In this document: piece after piece, positions 1 to 12,075 of the stretch | Numbering within the stretch: the stretch's first letter is position 1 | How the letters are laid out: each line of letters begins with the position of its first letter | Source of the DNA: Octopus vulgaris | Lineage: Eukaryota | Assembly: GCA_951406725.2 (NCBI GenBank) | Contig: OX597819.1 | Coordinates: 49,228,001-49,292,000 of the forward strand | Reading direction: 5' to 3' | DNA: 64,000 bases | Translations under genes and position numbers: made by a program | Notes under the pieces: model-generated | The model's database searches: none | Seen by the model: only the letters and a program-made list of their open reading frames with translations | Told to the model about the DNA's origin: nothing

Positions 1-220
1 TGTGTGTGTGTGTTTGTCACAAGTTCTTATAAAATTGGTCATATTGATTAATATTCTGCCAATTCTCTTCTACTTTTACGCAATAGTCAACAAAAGATTG
101 GATGATGCTAGTACCATTTTAATTTATATCAGTTAATCATTTTTCTTTAGATCTACATCAAACCTCACCAATTAGACCTATAATGAATGACATTCTCGGT
201 AAGACCATGCCAACTATTTT

Positions 221-583
221 GCAAGACTGCACGTTTCTTTGGGAACCAGACAAAAATTGCTGAAGCTTGGCTGGGATGTGTTACTTCACCCTCCATAGTC
301 CCTAGATATTGCTCCTTCGGATTTCCCTTTATTCAGGTCTCTGCAGAATAGTCTTAAAGGTAAGAATTTCAATTCCTTGGATGACGTAAAAAGATACCTT
401 GATGAATTCTTTGCCATGAAACCACCTCAATTCTGGGAAGAGGGTATTTTCAAGTTAAAGGAAAGATGGAGACGCATTGTGCAACAAAATGGTTCGTATT
501 TGGTTGATTAAAAATGTAATGGCAAGTATTTATTGACCTTTTTCTTTCCTTTAAAAATTGGCACAAACTTTCTGGACAACCCA

Positions 584-584
<1 letters not shown>
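221..584 (+). mobile_element. Mariner (Tc1/mariner) transposon 3' remnant: transposase C-terminus plus right TIR
   Basis: 221-511 translates ARLHVSLGTRQKLLKLGWDVLLHPP*SLDIAPSDFPLFRSLQNSL...[24 protein letters not shown]. This is a mutated YSPDLAPSD motif with an in-frame stop. A TIR-like end GGCACAAACTTTCTGGACAACCCAG is followed by TA. Confidence 0.92.
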
Positions 585-620
<36 letters not shown>

Positions 621-770
621 CATACATATATATATACATACATATATATATACATACATATATATATATATACATACATATATATATACATACATATATA
701 CATATATATATACATACATACACACACATATATATATACATACATATATATATATATACATATATATACA
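585..770. repeat. Compound (TA)n/(TACA)n microsatellite
   Basis: Directly visible. Confidence 0.97.
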
Positions 771-924
771 TGGCGTTAGGAAGGGCATCCAGCCATAGAA
801 ACACTGCCAGATTTGACTGGGCCTGATGAAGCCTTCTGGCTTCACAGACCCCAGTAGAACCGTCCAACCCATGCTAGCATGGAAAACGGACGCTAAACGA
901 TGATGATGATGATGATGATGATGA
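771..924 (+). mobile_element. RTE-type LINE/SINE 3' tail ending in (GAT)n
   Basis: GTCCAACCCATGCTAGCATGGAAAACGGACGCTAAACGATGATGAT tail; the same tail recurs at ~28190, ~57300 and ~21325. Confidence 0.8.
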
Positions 925-981
925 TACATACATACATATATATATATATACATATATATACATACATACATATATATATAT

Positions 982-1062
<81 letters not shown>

Positions 1063-1066
1063 CATA

Positions 1067-1126
<60 letters not shown>

Positions 1127-1191
1127 CATACATACATATATATATACTTACATACATACATATATATACATACATACATACATATATATAC

Positions 1192-1234
<43 letters not shown>

Positions 1235-1266
1235 CAAAATAAATATATATATATATATATATATAT
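925..1266. repeat. Compound (TA)n/(TACA)n microsatellite
   Basis: Directly visible. Confidence 0.97.
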
Positions 1267-1693
1267 TCATGTTAACATGTGCAGGATGATTTCATAAACT
1301 GAAAAAACATTGACTTATGAATTATCTAATCATGTGGTTTTTGCTATGGTTGCTTCCTTCAACAATGGAAAAGGAGTGGCAGGATACAGAGCAGCTGTGC
1401 AAAATTTTCCACTCATGGCTAAGCAATCAATCAATAGTTTAGCAAGAAAACCCTGGAAGAATGGAGCATTGAATACACACAATCTAAAAGTGCCACATTT
1501 AAAGAGATATACAATAAACTGACTGAATTAATGTCTAAATTGTAACTTAATGAAATTGCAAAGAATTAAAAGACTGAATGGAAATAGTCAATCTCAAATT
1601 GTTTTAAGAGCAATTTTGGTGATTGTTAACATAATTAGTTAATGAGATTTTAAAAAGATATATAATTAGTGAGCTATTTAAAGAAAAATTATT

Positions 1694-2095
1694 GCTGTGT
1701 GGTAAGAAGTTTGCTTCCCAACCACATGGTTCTGGGTTCAGTGCCACTGCATGGTACCTTGAGTAAGTGTCTTCTAATATAACCTCAAGTGTCTTCTACA
1801 ATAACCTCAAGCTGACCAAAGCTTCGTGAGTGGATTTGGTTGATGGAAACTGAAAGAAGCCCATCATATATATGTATGTGTGTGTATATCTTTGTGTTTG
1901 TGTTTGTCCCCCACCACCACTTGACAGCTGGTGTTGGCATGTTTATGTCCCTGTAACTTAGTGGTTCAGTGAAAGAGATCAATAGAATAAGTACCAGACT
2001 TAAGCACTGGGTTCGATTCGTCTACTTAAAATTCCTCAAGGTGGTGCCCCAGTATGACTGTAAGTCGAATGATTGAAACAGCTAAAAGAATAAAA
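1694..2095 (+). mobile_element. tRNA-derived SINE, family B (GCTGTGTGGTAAG head)
   Basis: A-box-like TGTGTGGTAAG and B-box-like GGTTCAGTGCC; body GTGGATTTGGT..GGAAACTGAAAGAAGCCC is shared with many copies in the window; internal ~23-bp tandem duplication near 1765-1811. Confidence 0.85.
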
Positions 2096-2099
2096 GGAA

Positions 2100-2287
2100 A
2101 ATTTTGGGGGGAGGGGGCCAGTCGATTAGATTGACCCCTTTATGCAACTGGTACTTAATTTATTGATCCCGAAAGGATGAAAGGAAAAGTCGACCTCAGT
2201 GGAATTTCAACTCACAATTTAAAGACAGACGAAATACCGCTAAGCATTTTGCTTGGCGTGCTAACATTTCTGCCAGCTCACCACCTT
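2100..2287 (-). mobile_element. tRNA-derived SINE, family A (GGCGGCGAGCTGGCAGAA head)
   Basis: Reverse complement matches the copies at 5369, 8109 and 34760 (GAGTTCAAATTCC..GTCGACTTTGCCTTTCATCCTTTCGGG). Confidence 0.85.
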
Positions 2288-3347
2288 AAAAGGATAAAAT
2301 ATTACAATTATAGAATGCAAAACTTTGCTTACATTGAGTATGGGTCCTGACCATTTCTGTGATTGTTTATACTGTCTGCTTTATAGAAACTACACAAGCA
2401 CATACATATGCATTCAATACAGTCAGGCATATACATGCATAGTAACACTTGTATAAATGTACAATTATGACGAAAATTTATACATTCAAATATATACACA
2501 ACCATACTCAATCACACATTAACACAGTAATTCAGTCACATACACTTATTATACATATATGCACATGCATTTCAATTCATTCACAAATATACAATGATGA
2601 CTACAATGAAGAAGTTAAGTTGCACCCAAATTGTTGAGGATGAGAAGTGAGTTCACCCTCAACAACTTTCAGTGATTAGCTGGAAGAATGACTAGTTTAA
2701 CATTAACACGTTTTTATTGTTGTGAGTGAAAGCAATGAGCTGCAGTGTCTCAGTTAGATATATACAGTACTCACAAGGAAAGTTCATAGAAATTACTGGA
2801 ATTAACACAACTTAAGCTAAACATTTTGTAAATAATGGGTGTACTTTGTTGAACATGTCAGAGAAAAATAGCAGTGGTCGGAACATTTCCGTGAAGCTCT
2901 TGCATGCTGTCCTGGTGTAGGAAAACCAAAGGAGAGGTCCATGCTTCTTGGTGTCCAAGTAGCAAAAGAGAAAGAAAGCTTACAACCACCAGAATATATA
3001 TAGGCTTCAGCTGGGACGCTACCTGGTGGCATTTACCAGCAAAGGGATGTAATTCAGCTATCCTTGCTAGTCTATTACAGTAGTGTGGGTAGTCTGTTAC
3101 AGGTAGCTTGCATCCACATGTTTCTGATAGAACATACATAAGTGAAATTTTGTAGACATAAAGCTATGTAAAAGTTCATTTGAGAGATTGCTCTTGTTTT
3201 TTAGACATTCGCCATATCCTACAGCCCAGCTGAATGCCTCTGCTTAGCCAATGACTGTCATTAGAGGTGTGCACTTTTTGCAAAGCTATAGAATTGGTCT
3301 CTGGTCTGAGGACAACTTTCTCAATTCCTCCCATCAATTTTAAAACT

Positions 3348-3458
3348 GTAGCTGCTAGAACAACAGGCTGGGCAAAGTTCAGAGAGCTGCTATCTTTGTT
3401 GGCAACAAAGGGCCTCTCTCTCAGAGTGAAAGGCAGATTGTATGATGACTATGTATGA
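3348..3458 (+). mobile_element. RTE-clade LINE reverse-transcriptase C-terminal fragment
   Basis: Translates VAARTTGWAKFRELLSLLATKGLSLRVKGRLYDDYV, typical of the post-RT region of RTE LINEs; a homologous decayed copy lies on the minus strand near 28045-28125. Confidence 0.8.
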
Positions 3459-4393
3459 ACCTTCGCATTTGACAAAGCCATAAGAAGTGGACAAAAGGAA
3501 TTTTTAAATCACAGTCTACCATGAAAAAGAGAAAAAAAGCATTGATACTTTGAGATATTTTATGTCACAGAAGTCAGGAAGATCCTGGCAAGAATATCTT
3601 TTGGTCATAGGCCTGCTTTATCTAGAATGACCTGGAGTTAAACAACATTACAATCCAAACTCCATATCTTTAGAAATGTCCACTATAACATTCAGATGTG
3701 AAAACAAATTTTTATGGTGCTCTTATAATGTTTACTTGCTCCATGCTAGTGTTGTAGCATGACTTTGATATTTCTGATGATGGCTACAAACAGAACAGAA
3801 ACTCAACCAACTTGCAGTTTCCCCTTTAGCATGGAAAAGCAAATATATCTACAATATACATTAATGTAACAGGCAAAATTGTGATAAAAAAATAAAAATA
3901 AATGCAAATGAAACAAAATCACAAAGTTAATGCATTACACCACAAGGAAAAAAAAAAAGATTTCAATGTTTCTAGCATTAACCTAACAAGCTTATATGAA
4001 CACATGTACATAAATAGATGCAGCATGGAATTTTCCTGGAAAAAAGACATTGAATAAATCAATAGACTTAATAGAGTTTATGTTATCTTATTGATAATTT
4101 ATAACCCAAAATTTAGGAGGCTCAGTCTTAAGTTTCTCAGGAAGCAGTTATCAGTTGCAGAGTAATGTCACTATAAAATTTAGAATACCAATAGATATGC
4201 ATGCCACTATCATGCTTACTTAAAAGCACAGGAGTAACAATAACTTCCATGGCTTGATGGAAATTAACATATACTACCTTGAAAAAGTATGTATAAAATA
4301 TAACAGCTCTCTAAAGATATATGGCAAGCTGAGGGAGGAAAAAAGAATAACTGAAAATCGTTGAAGAATTGACTGTTTCAGTCTTATATTTAA

Positions 4394-4461
4394 TCATCAT
4401 CATCATCATTATCATCATCATTATCATCATCGTCATCATCATCATCATCATCATCATCATT

Positions 4462-4493
<32 letters not shown>

Positions 4494-4495
4494 TA
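4394..4495. repeat. (CAT)n microsatellite (tail of a minus-strand RTE-type element)
   Basis: Directly visible. Confidence 0.95.
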
Positions 4496-4790
4496 TCTAA
4501 TGTCCATTCTTCATGCTGGCATGGGTTGGATGGTTTCAATAGGAGCTAGTAAGCTAGAGGACTGTGCCAAGCATAATTTCTACAGTTGGTTGTTCTTCCT
4601 AACACTAGCCACATTACAGAGTGTACTGGGTGCTTTCTTATGGCACCATCACTAGTGGTCTCACCAAGTAACTCACAAGACAAGATCCTCAGCTGAGTGA
4701 GTACAGTATTGAAGGAGGTGGCTTCATGCCTGGTGAGAAGAAGTTAAAACATGATGGAGAGACAGCAAAAGGTGTCTTGCTGACAGGAGG
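4496..4790 (-). mobile_element. RTE-type LINE 3' UTR remnant
   Basis: CATGCTGGCATGGGTTGGATGG adjoins the (CAT)n tract; same family as 771-924. Confidence 0.7.
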
Positions 4791-5201
4791 TATGAGGGGC
4801 TGCTGAAAAGTTCTTGGCTTTTAGGGTATCAGCTGTTGTGATCGATACTATGAAATAATGCCACAAAATGGGACAGTCGGACAAGTTGTTTTGAGAAAAT
4901 TTGGTTTAAATGTTTGACAACTCAGCACTGTCCATTGGACGGGGGCATTTTGCTCATATATATATATATATATATTGACCAAACTTTTGAATGTTATTAT
5001 ATATTGCTGGTTACAATGCACTATGTATCATTTTATTTTTTGATTGATGCCACCCTGCTGGCTAGGCGAGCAGACCAACACTCTGCTTCATTGGAAACCT
5101 AGTCCATCACAAGGTTATCCATTTACAGCTGAGCATATATATATATACTACAGCAAAGCATCCTGTATAGTACTGTACTATTTTAACCAGTTCCACTAGT
5201 T

Positions 5202-5671
5202 CAGTGGTTCTCGACCGTTTTGTATCTGTTTAAGAACTAGCTTTATAGAAACTTCTTTCAACATACCTATTTTTGTTTTTCACACATTCACTTGTATGGA
5301 TTTGCAGTAGCACTTTCTTAGAGAACATGCTTCTGTGGCTGGAAATATGTTGAATTATATAAATTATTAAGGCGGCGAACTGGCAGAAATGTTAGCACGC
5401 CGGGCGAAATGCGTAGCCGTATTTCGTCTGCTGTTACATTCTGAGTTCAAACTCCGCCAAGGTCGACTTTGCCTTTCATCCTTTAGGGGTCGATAAATAA
5501 AGAGAAGGAAACCTAGCTGTTTCATGCAATAAATACATCTAAAACAAAATTTTTTTCATGGATCCCTAAAATACTATCAAGGGCACTCAGTTTACTATTT
5601 TGCTTGCATGGCCCTCCATAGATCCTTATGTGGATCTCTGGGGATCATATAGACTCCAGTTAAGAACCACA
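5202..5671. mobile_element. hAT (Charlie-type) MITE carrying a SINE insertion
   Basis: TIRs CAGTGGTTCTCGACC ... AGTTAAGAACCACAG; 8-bp flanks CACTAGTT/CTCAAGTT (6/8 match); internally similar to 11415-11884. Confidence 0.75.
5369..5500 (+). mobile_element. SINE family A, 3'-truncated, nested in the hAT MITE
   Basis: GGCGGCGAACTGGCAGAAATGTTAGC...GAGTTCAAACTCC...GGGGTCGATAAATAA. Confidence 0.85.
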
Positions 5672-6502
5672 GCTCAAGTTGATGCTAAAGGCTGGCAGAT
5701 TACCAAAGAGTGAGAGGCCTGGGATAGGGTATAAATTAACAGAATCAATAGAAATATGAGACAAAATGTCTTCTGCTTTTAGTTGCATCTCTTTATGTTC
5801 TAAGTTCAAATCCTGCCAAAGTGACTTTGCATTTCATCTTGCAGTAGGGAGGTGGGGTAAGAGATGTCAATAGAATGAGGTGCCTATGAAATACTTGGGT
5901 CGACATCATTGACTGTTAGTTTCCGAAAAAGTGTGCCATGCCCTTATGCTTTAGTTAGAAATCAATATTCCAATGAAAATCATCATGAAAATTGTTTCCT
6001 GAAACAATCATTCTAGTAAAAATGTTAACCTAGATTCAGTTACCAATCATATAACAAAAATAGAAATTGTGTGTATATATGTATGCACACACACACACAC
6101 ACACACACTTTCGACACACATCAATACACATGCACATTCATGAACATACATACCATGCACCAACACGCACCAACACATGGACACACATGGATACACACAA
6201 ATAAAGGGGAATCTGAATTTATTACAGAATGTGTAAATTTTGAAGGCCAATGCTTGAAAGTACTGCAATTGTACAAATAACACTCAGGGGGTAAATAACA
6301 TTAAAAAAAGGTGATGTACACATACATAAACACTCAATCACTTATATACACAATCACACAAATTTACAGGCGTGCAAAATTACAATAAAAATTATTATTT
6401 TAGTATATACAGCTTGGAAGGCAGTAACACAGTTATTAGTTTGTGCAATGAAACTGAAAAAGTTATTGATTTAGGAAGAGGTGTGTAAGATGTGTGTATT
6501 TT

Positions 6503-6503
<1 letters not shown>

Positions 6504-6560
<57 letters not shown>

Positions 6561-6590
6561 TGTGTGTATGTATATATATATATATATTTA
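6504..6590. repeat. (TG)n/(TA)n microsatellite
   Basis: Directly visible. Confidence 0.95.
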
Positions 6591-8108
6591 TATGCACACA
6601 CACGCCATTGGTTGAATAGCTTAAAGTAAAACATAACAAAAAAGAGGCAAAAACAAAAGGGAATAATATCTAATAACACAAACAATCACAGATCCCTGTG
6701 ATCCTAAAGCAATGAGATAAATATCCATTTTACTTACTGTTCGATGAAAGAAAGCAGAAGATGATGGTGATGATGAAGATGATGATGATGATGATGATGA
6801 TGATGACGATGATGATGGCAGCAAGGATGAAGATGTTGTTGGTTTGTGCTTTAAAGTAAATATCTTAGAACCACAAGGCAAGCAGAACTAGAAATACTCC
6901 ATTAACACTTGCGGATGGACGGAACCTAACTTCTCTGTCTGTGAAGAGAGCCAGTGTTGTGTTCAATGAACAATACATTATATGCAACAGCAAAAACTAC
7001 TGCATTAAAAGTGCTACTATTCAAATACTAGTATTTGAATAAGTAGTAGCAACAAGTCGTCTATTAACTGTAGATATTCAAATTACTTTTTGTTTGACTG
7101 TAGTAGCTTTAAGCAGCACCAATTTACTTATTTCTTTCTTTGTGTGTTATGTTTACTTTTGTATTATGGTTAAGTCAGCAAAGTGTCTGGGAAGCTACAA
7201 GATTCTTATTTCAACCACAAATCTTTGAATATATATCGCTTTCAGTTTGTCAAGTTATGTTTAAAACATTATGAATTTAAACTTCAAAGTGTTTCATTTT
7301 CCATATTATAAATGTCGTATGATAAATCTCCAATAAATGAATATTCAGTTCTTTGGCAAACATTTCATGCTAGACTAATCCATCATTCAGTTTTATACTA
7401 CTACCTGGCCCTTGGGTACCTTTGGCCATGTCTGCTCTGTTGTGTTTGGCTCAGGTTTCTTGTTTGAGAATAGTTTGCAAGGGGTCATGGGTGCTATTTT
7501 TCCTCCCCTGAGTAAGTCATTAAAAAAAAATTAAATAACAATGAAAACAGAAAATACAACACAGTTGTCAACTTCAAATATTTAAGCCTGAAAATTAACT
7601 TACTAAATTTTATTTAAAAATTGACCATAGCCATTTTGTTGGTATATTTCTGTTAAAACACAGTTATTGTTTCAATTAATTTTGAAAATGATAAAAAAAT
7701 TCATTAAAATAACTTTGTCATTATTAAATTGATGTTTGGGATATAAATTAACTTGAAATTCTGACGATCATTTTAAAACAAGAAGAGTTTTAGGCAGTTT
7801 CAGTATTAAAATGAAGAATTGAAATTGTATATTCTGCATAGTAACAGCTATATCATGTTCCTATTATTAAGCGTATAAGTTATATAGATTTCAGACATTA
7901 TTACAAGGTCACACATTTGAATGAAGGGGAGATATGATTGATGATATAAACTCCAGTATTTGGCTGGTATTTTAATTTATCAACTATCGAAAGATGAAAG
8001 ACAAGATACATATACACAAAATGTGAAGGCCTGTTATTAAATAAAACAAGAGAATTCTGTCTAACAATTCTGTCAATTCAATGCCTTTGTATTAATATCT
8101 AGAAACTA

Positions 8109-8322
8109 AGGTAGTGAGCTTGCAGACTGGTTAGCATGCTGGACAAAATGCTTTGTGGCATTCCGTTTGTCTTTTTATTCTGAATTCAAATTCCACTAAG
8201 TTCAACTTTGCTTCTCATTCTGTTAGGGTTGATGAAATAAGTACCAACTGAACACTGGGGTCCATGTAATTGATTAACCCGCTCATCCATGAATTGAAGG
8301 CCTTGTGCCTGCAGTAAAAAGG
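8109..8322 (+). mobile_element. SINE family A with 18-bp target-site duplication
   Basis: Perfect TSD ATTAATATCTAGAAACTA at 8091-8108 and 8323-8340. Confidence 0.9.
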
Positions 8323-8567
8323 ATTAATATCTAGAAACTAGTAATTATCACGATGTTTTTAAACCACCAATTCCAGTTGATAATGTGTTGTAGTTCCCCA
8401 ACTCAGAGGGACAATATACTCGTATGACTAAATTTTTTATTAAATAAATATGGTATTTTTGAAGTTTTAGCAAAATCCTGCTGATGTTTATATTAAATCT
8501 ATATTTAATATTGTCAAATATCAAATATTTTACCATGAATAACACAGTTATAAAATTTGAAGTTTAA

Positions 8568-8786
8568 CCCTTTTGTTACCATATTTCCGTTGAGATGCTC
8601 TGTGTTTCTGTCAATTAATATTAAATATAACAAAGAATTTAGTAAAATAACTTAGTTATCATTAAGCTACTGTTAGGAACATAAATTGTGATGAAGGTTT
8701 GGTAGATTTTAATTCATAACTTTTGAAAACAAAACATTTGTACTATAGAGCCAAAGGCAGTTTCAGGCAGGTTGGTACCGAAAGGG
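8568..8786. mobile_element. piggyBac-type MITE (copy 1, inverted relative to copies 2 and 3)
   Basis: TTAA|CCCTTTTGTTACCA ... TGGTACCGAAAGGG|TTAA; reverse complement of 11571-11792 and 14707-14927. Confidence 0.9.
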
Positions 8787-9469
8787 TTAATGTGTTTCAT
8801 ACTTATAATATTACCAAACTATATCATACAATAACAGACAGAGATTGCTGGGGACATAGGAGTTGATGCAAAGACTATAGTATCAGACTACAACTTTGTT
8901 AAATACTGGACTAGAAGAATTATTTAACAACAGTTCTATATTTATATGATGAAGTATGCCTGGATTATTAATTTCATAGCCAGTTACTTCACTAATGCTT
9001 TTAGGAAATGCATTAATGATGAAGTTCTTCATGGTATCTTAGTTTCCTTTTCATTAGTAACAGTTTTGTATCACCAAAGAATGGGGTCTTCATTTCATTT
9101 CTGACACATTTCTGATAATTAATTACATCCGGCAATTCCCTTTAGGGTTTTAGCTATACCAAGGTGTTGTATGGAAAATATAGTATTTTTCAGTTGGAAT
9201 ATGGAGGAGATATTGTGAGGGAGAGGTGTGTTGACTATCCCAACCAATCAATCTTGGTTTTATGACTTGTGTAAATTTTCTTTATATATTAGTTCTTTCT
9301 ACATTTTATGCAAATATTGTCCTGTGTAAATTTTCTTAAGACAATGTTCTACATCACACCTTTTTATTTATGTCTTCCACCTTACTTCATGTATAAACTT
9401 TCTTCAAAAAGAAAGACAGTAATACAAACACAAAAATTCAATACATTAAACTATGGGTTTGTGTGTGTG

Positions 9470-9744
9470 TTTAAAGAATGTAGTTGTACAAAGCCAGAAC
9501 AACGTGAGAAGGTACAAAATAAACTACAAATTGGAAAGAAAACAGAAGAAAATTTCAGTTTTACCTTGTATTTCTAAATTTCGAGCTGTCGACCTCTTCT
9601 TCTGAGCAACAAACTTTTTCCGAATGTCCTGAAGAAGAGGTCTTTATCTCAAAATTTAGAAATACACAGTAAAACTCCGTTTTCTTTTCCCCTTGTTGTT
9701 TACTTTGTACCTTGTTCCAGCTTTATACAACTACATTCTTTAAA
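9470..9744. repeat. Long inverted repeat (~120-135-bp arms), Penelope-like inverted pLTR remnant with degenerate hammerhead cores
   Basis: TTTAAAGAATGTAGTTGTA...GTATTTCTAAATTTCGAG..GACCTCTTCTTC pairs with GAAGAAGAGGTC..CTCAAAATTTAGAAATAC...TACAACTACATTCTTTAAA. The inverted repeat is seen directly; the Penelope assignment is inference. Confidence 0.75.
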
Positions 9745-9774
9745 TTTTACCTTACAATGTTTCACAAAGACTAC

Positions 9775-9776
<2 letters not shown>

Positions 9777-9832
<56 letters not shown>
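9777..9832. repeat. (TA)n microsatellite
   Basis: Directly visible. Confidence 0.97.
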
Positions 9833-9836
<4 letters not shown>

Positions 9837-11414
9837 CCTAATCTGGTGTGTCAAATTGCATCCCTTTACATCAAAAAAGGAATTTTATCTATTTGATTGT
9901 AGATATCTACAACATAAGTTTCACAAACAGAGGTCAATATAATTAACTAATTCCTTTGACATCTGTGCCTCTGCATGGCTGTAGTCCAATGATTGAAGCC
10001 AGTAAATGAATAAAAGAATACATTATGAATTGTAAATATGTTTTGTGTTAATATGAACACAGAACACAGTGGATTATATTTAGTTTTATTACAGAACAGA
10101 AAGAAATGGTATATGAATGGAAAGGAATGCTGTTAATTGTTGTTGAGTAAACTTAACAATTGATAATGTCCTTTCTTTACTCTTTCCTTCTCAAAGTAGT
10201 TTATATACAATCAGTCTCGAATAGTGTCTTGAATGGCCTACAAATTTGACAATTGACAAGTTTCTTACAAGTTATTCCTAATGTACTAAGTTATTGGCTT
10301 ACTATGTTTCCCTAAAAGCATTCTAGCTGGCCTCAGTAAACATAAAAGCAATCAATGCAGATTATGCCAGTAACATCCTGAAACTAGCTTTAAAGCTTAA
10401 CATCAAAATAAAACTATACAATTACTAGTAACATCTCAGTAATAACTATCAACTTTGGTTTGTAGCTAATTTAATATACTGAGTGAGTATACACGATTAC
10501 TCGACCTGCAAGAAATTGTAGCTAAATTTCCTTCAAATCCTATTACCATCCTAAGGGAGGTAAAAGACACATTGGATAATGCAGTCCTAAAATACTTATA
10601 TAAAGATAAAATTGTCATGACTGGAATGGTTTTGATCACAAGGTGGTTCAATCAATGCTAAACAACAACTACCAATGGAGACTCTACATAGGGCATGACT
10701 TGCTAGAAATAATAGCCAAATCAAATAAGTATTCATTAATCCTGAATTTAGTCAAAAACTCCATTTAACTGAATTGTGTAATTCTTGCATGAGGAAACAA
10801 TTCTTTTATAGTAGAGGTAAATTTGTATCTTATATAAAACAAAGATATTCATGCTTCACTATCTAAATGATAATATTTTTCAACTCTAAAGAAAACAGAA
10901 AGTATATAATATCCAAGAAAAACTGTTGAAAATTACTAGTTAGAGAATAATATATGTTCTGTTAGCTGGGTTCTTTTAACCTTTAGCAAAATCTTAATCA
11001 TATGAAAGCTTACAACAAAAAAACAAAAACTATACTGTAATCATAGCATAGCTCTAGAGTTGGTTTATCCCATGCAATATGTAAATGATATTATGGTTCT
11101 GGAATGTTCTAAGTGTCAACATCAAAACAACAAAGTTTAAAATTCTCTAAAAAATATCTCTTAAAACGAAATTAGCATCTTTAGACTTTCTTCTTCTGTC
11201 TTACATTTTGATTTACCATTCAGACAGATAAGTTTTCAAATACTTTTTCATAGAATCATTTTTAGTATGTTAGGTAAGGATCAGTTATACTTTTGACTGC
11301 TAAGAATCAAAATACATTTAAAGAAATTACACTGACCTAGATGAAGTTGATTTCTTCAAGATCTAATTGAAAATAAGATGCAATATTTGCTCGCTAAACA
11401 TATATTAGTTAAAC

Positions 11415-11884
11415 CAGAGTTTTTCAACCATTTTTTACTTATGGACCCCTTTTATTCTGATTTTACTCGGATTTTGCTCAGGTGAACTCCCCTTGCCATT
11501 CGATGTTTAAAATATATTATTATATTTTTATAATTAACTATCATGAGGAATTGTATAAAAACATTCTTAACCCTTTCATTACTAACCTGGCTGAAACCGG
11601 CTCTGGCTCTCTTGTACAAATGTCTTGTTTTCATGAGTTTTGAATTAAAATCTTCCACCAAACCTTAGTCACAATTTATGTTCCTAACACTAGCTGAATG
11701 ATAACTAAGTTATTTCACTAAAGTCTTTTTTATATTTAAAATTAATTGAAAGAAACACAGAGCATCACAAAATAAATACAGTAATGAAAGGGTTAAGATA
11801 TTTCATGAATTGTAGAAGTATAACAAATTTATTGCAGATAAATTTTAAGCACAAAATCATATGGACCCTGGTTGAGAACCACTG
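11415..11884. mobile_element. hAT (Charlie-type) MITE with perfect 8-bp TSD
   Basis: AGTTAAAC|CAGAGTTTTTCAACC ... GGTTGAGAACCACTG|AGTTAAAC. Confidence 0.92.
11571..11792. mobile_element. piggyBac-type MITE (copy 2) nested in the hAT MITE
   Basis: TTAA|CCCTTTCATTACT ... AGTAATGAAAGGG|TTAA, perfect 13-bp TIR. Confidence 0.93.
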
Positions 11885-11927
11885 AGTTAAACCACATATA
11901 TCAACCAAAAAGTAATATAACTTAGAC

Positions 11928-12075
11928 CTGGCATGAGCAATCTGTTTTCAAGAAGCAGATCACATAAGACATAGCTTATCATCAGGAAGGTTGCACAACT
12001 AAAAAAATTTCAAGGTAATTTTTCATTAGGTGTGCTATTTGGAAAGTCCCATGGGCCACAGTTTGCCTATGACTG
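11928..12075. mobile_element. Short hAT MITE
   Basis: ACTTAGAC|CTGGCATGAGCAA ... TTGCCTATGACTG|TCTTAGAC (TSD 7/8). Confidence 0.75.

Noticed and set aside
450-1289. Long ORFs of YIYI/MYVC/HTHT type, here and throughout the ORF track
   Set aside because: They are stop-free translations of TA/CA/TACA/CAT microsatellites, not genes.
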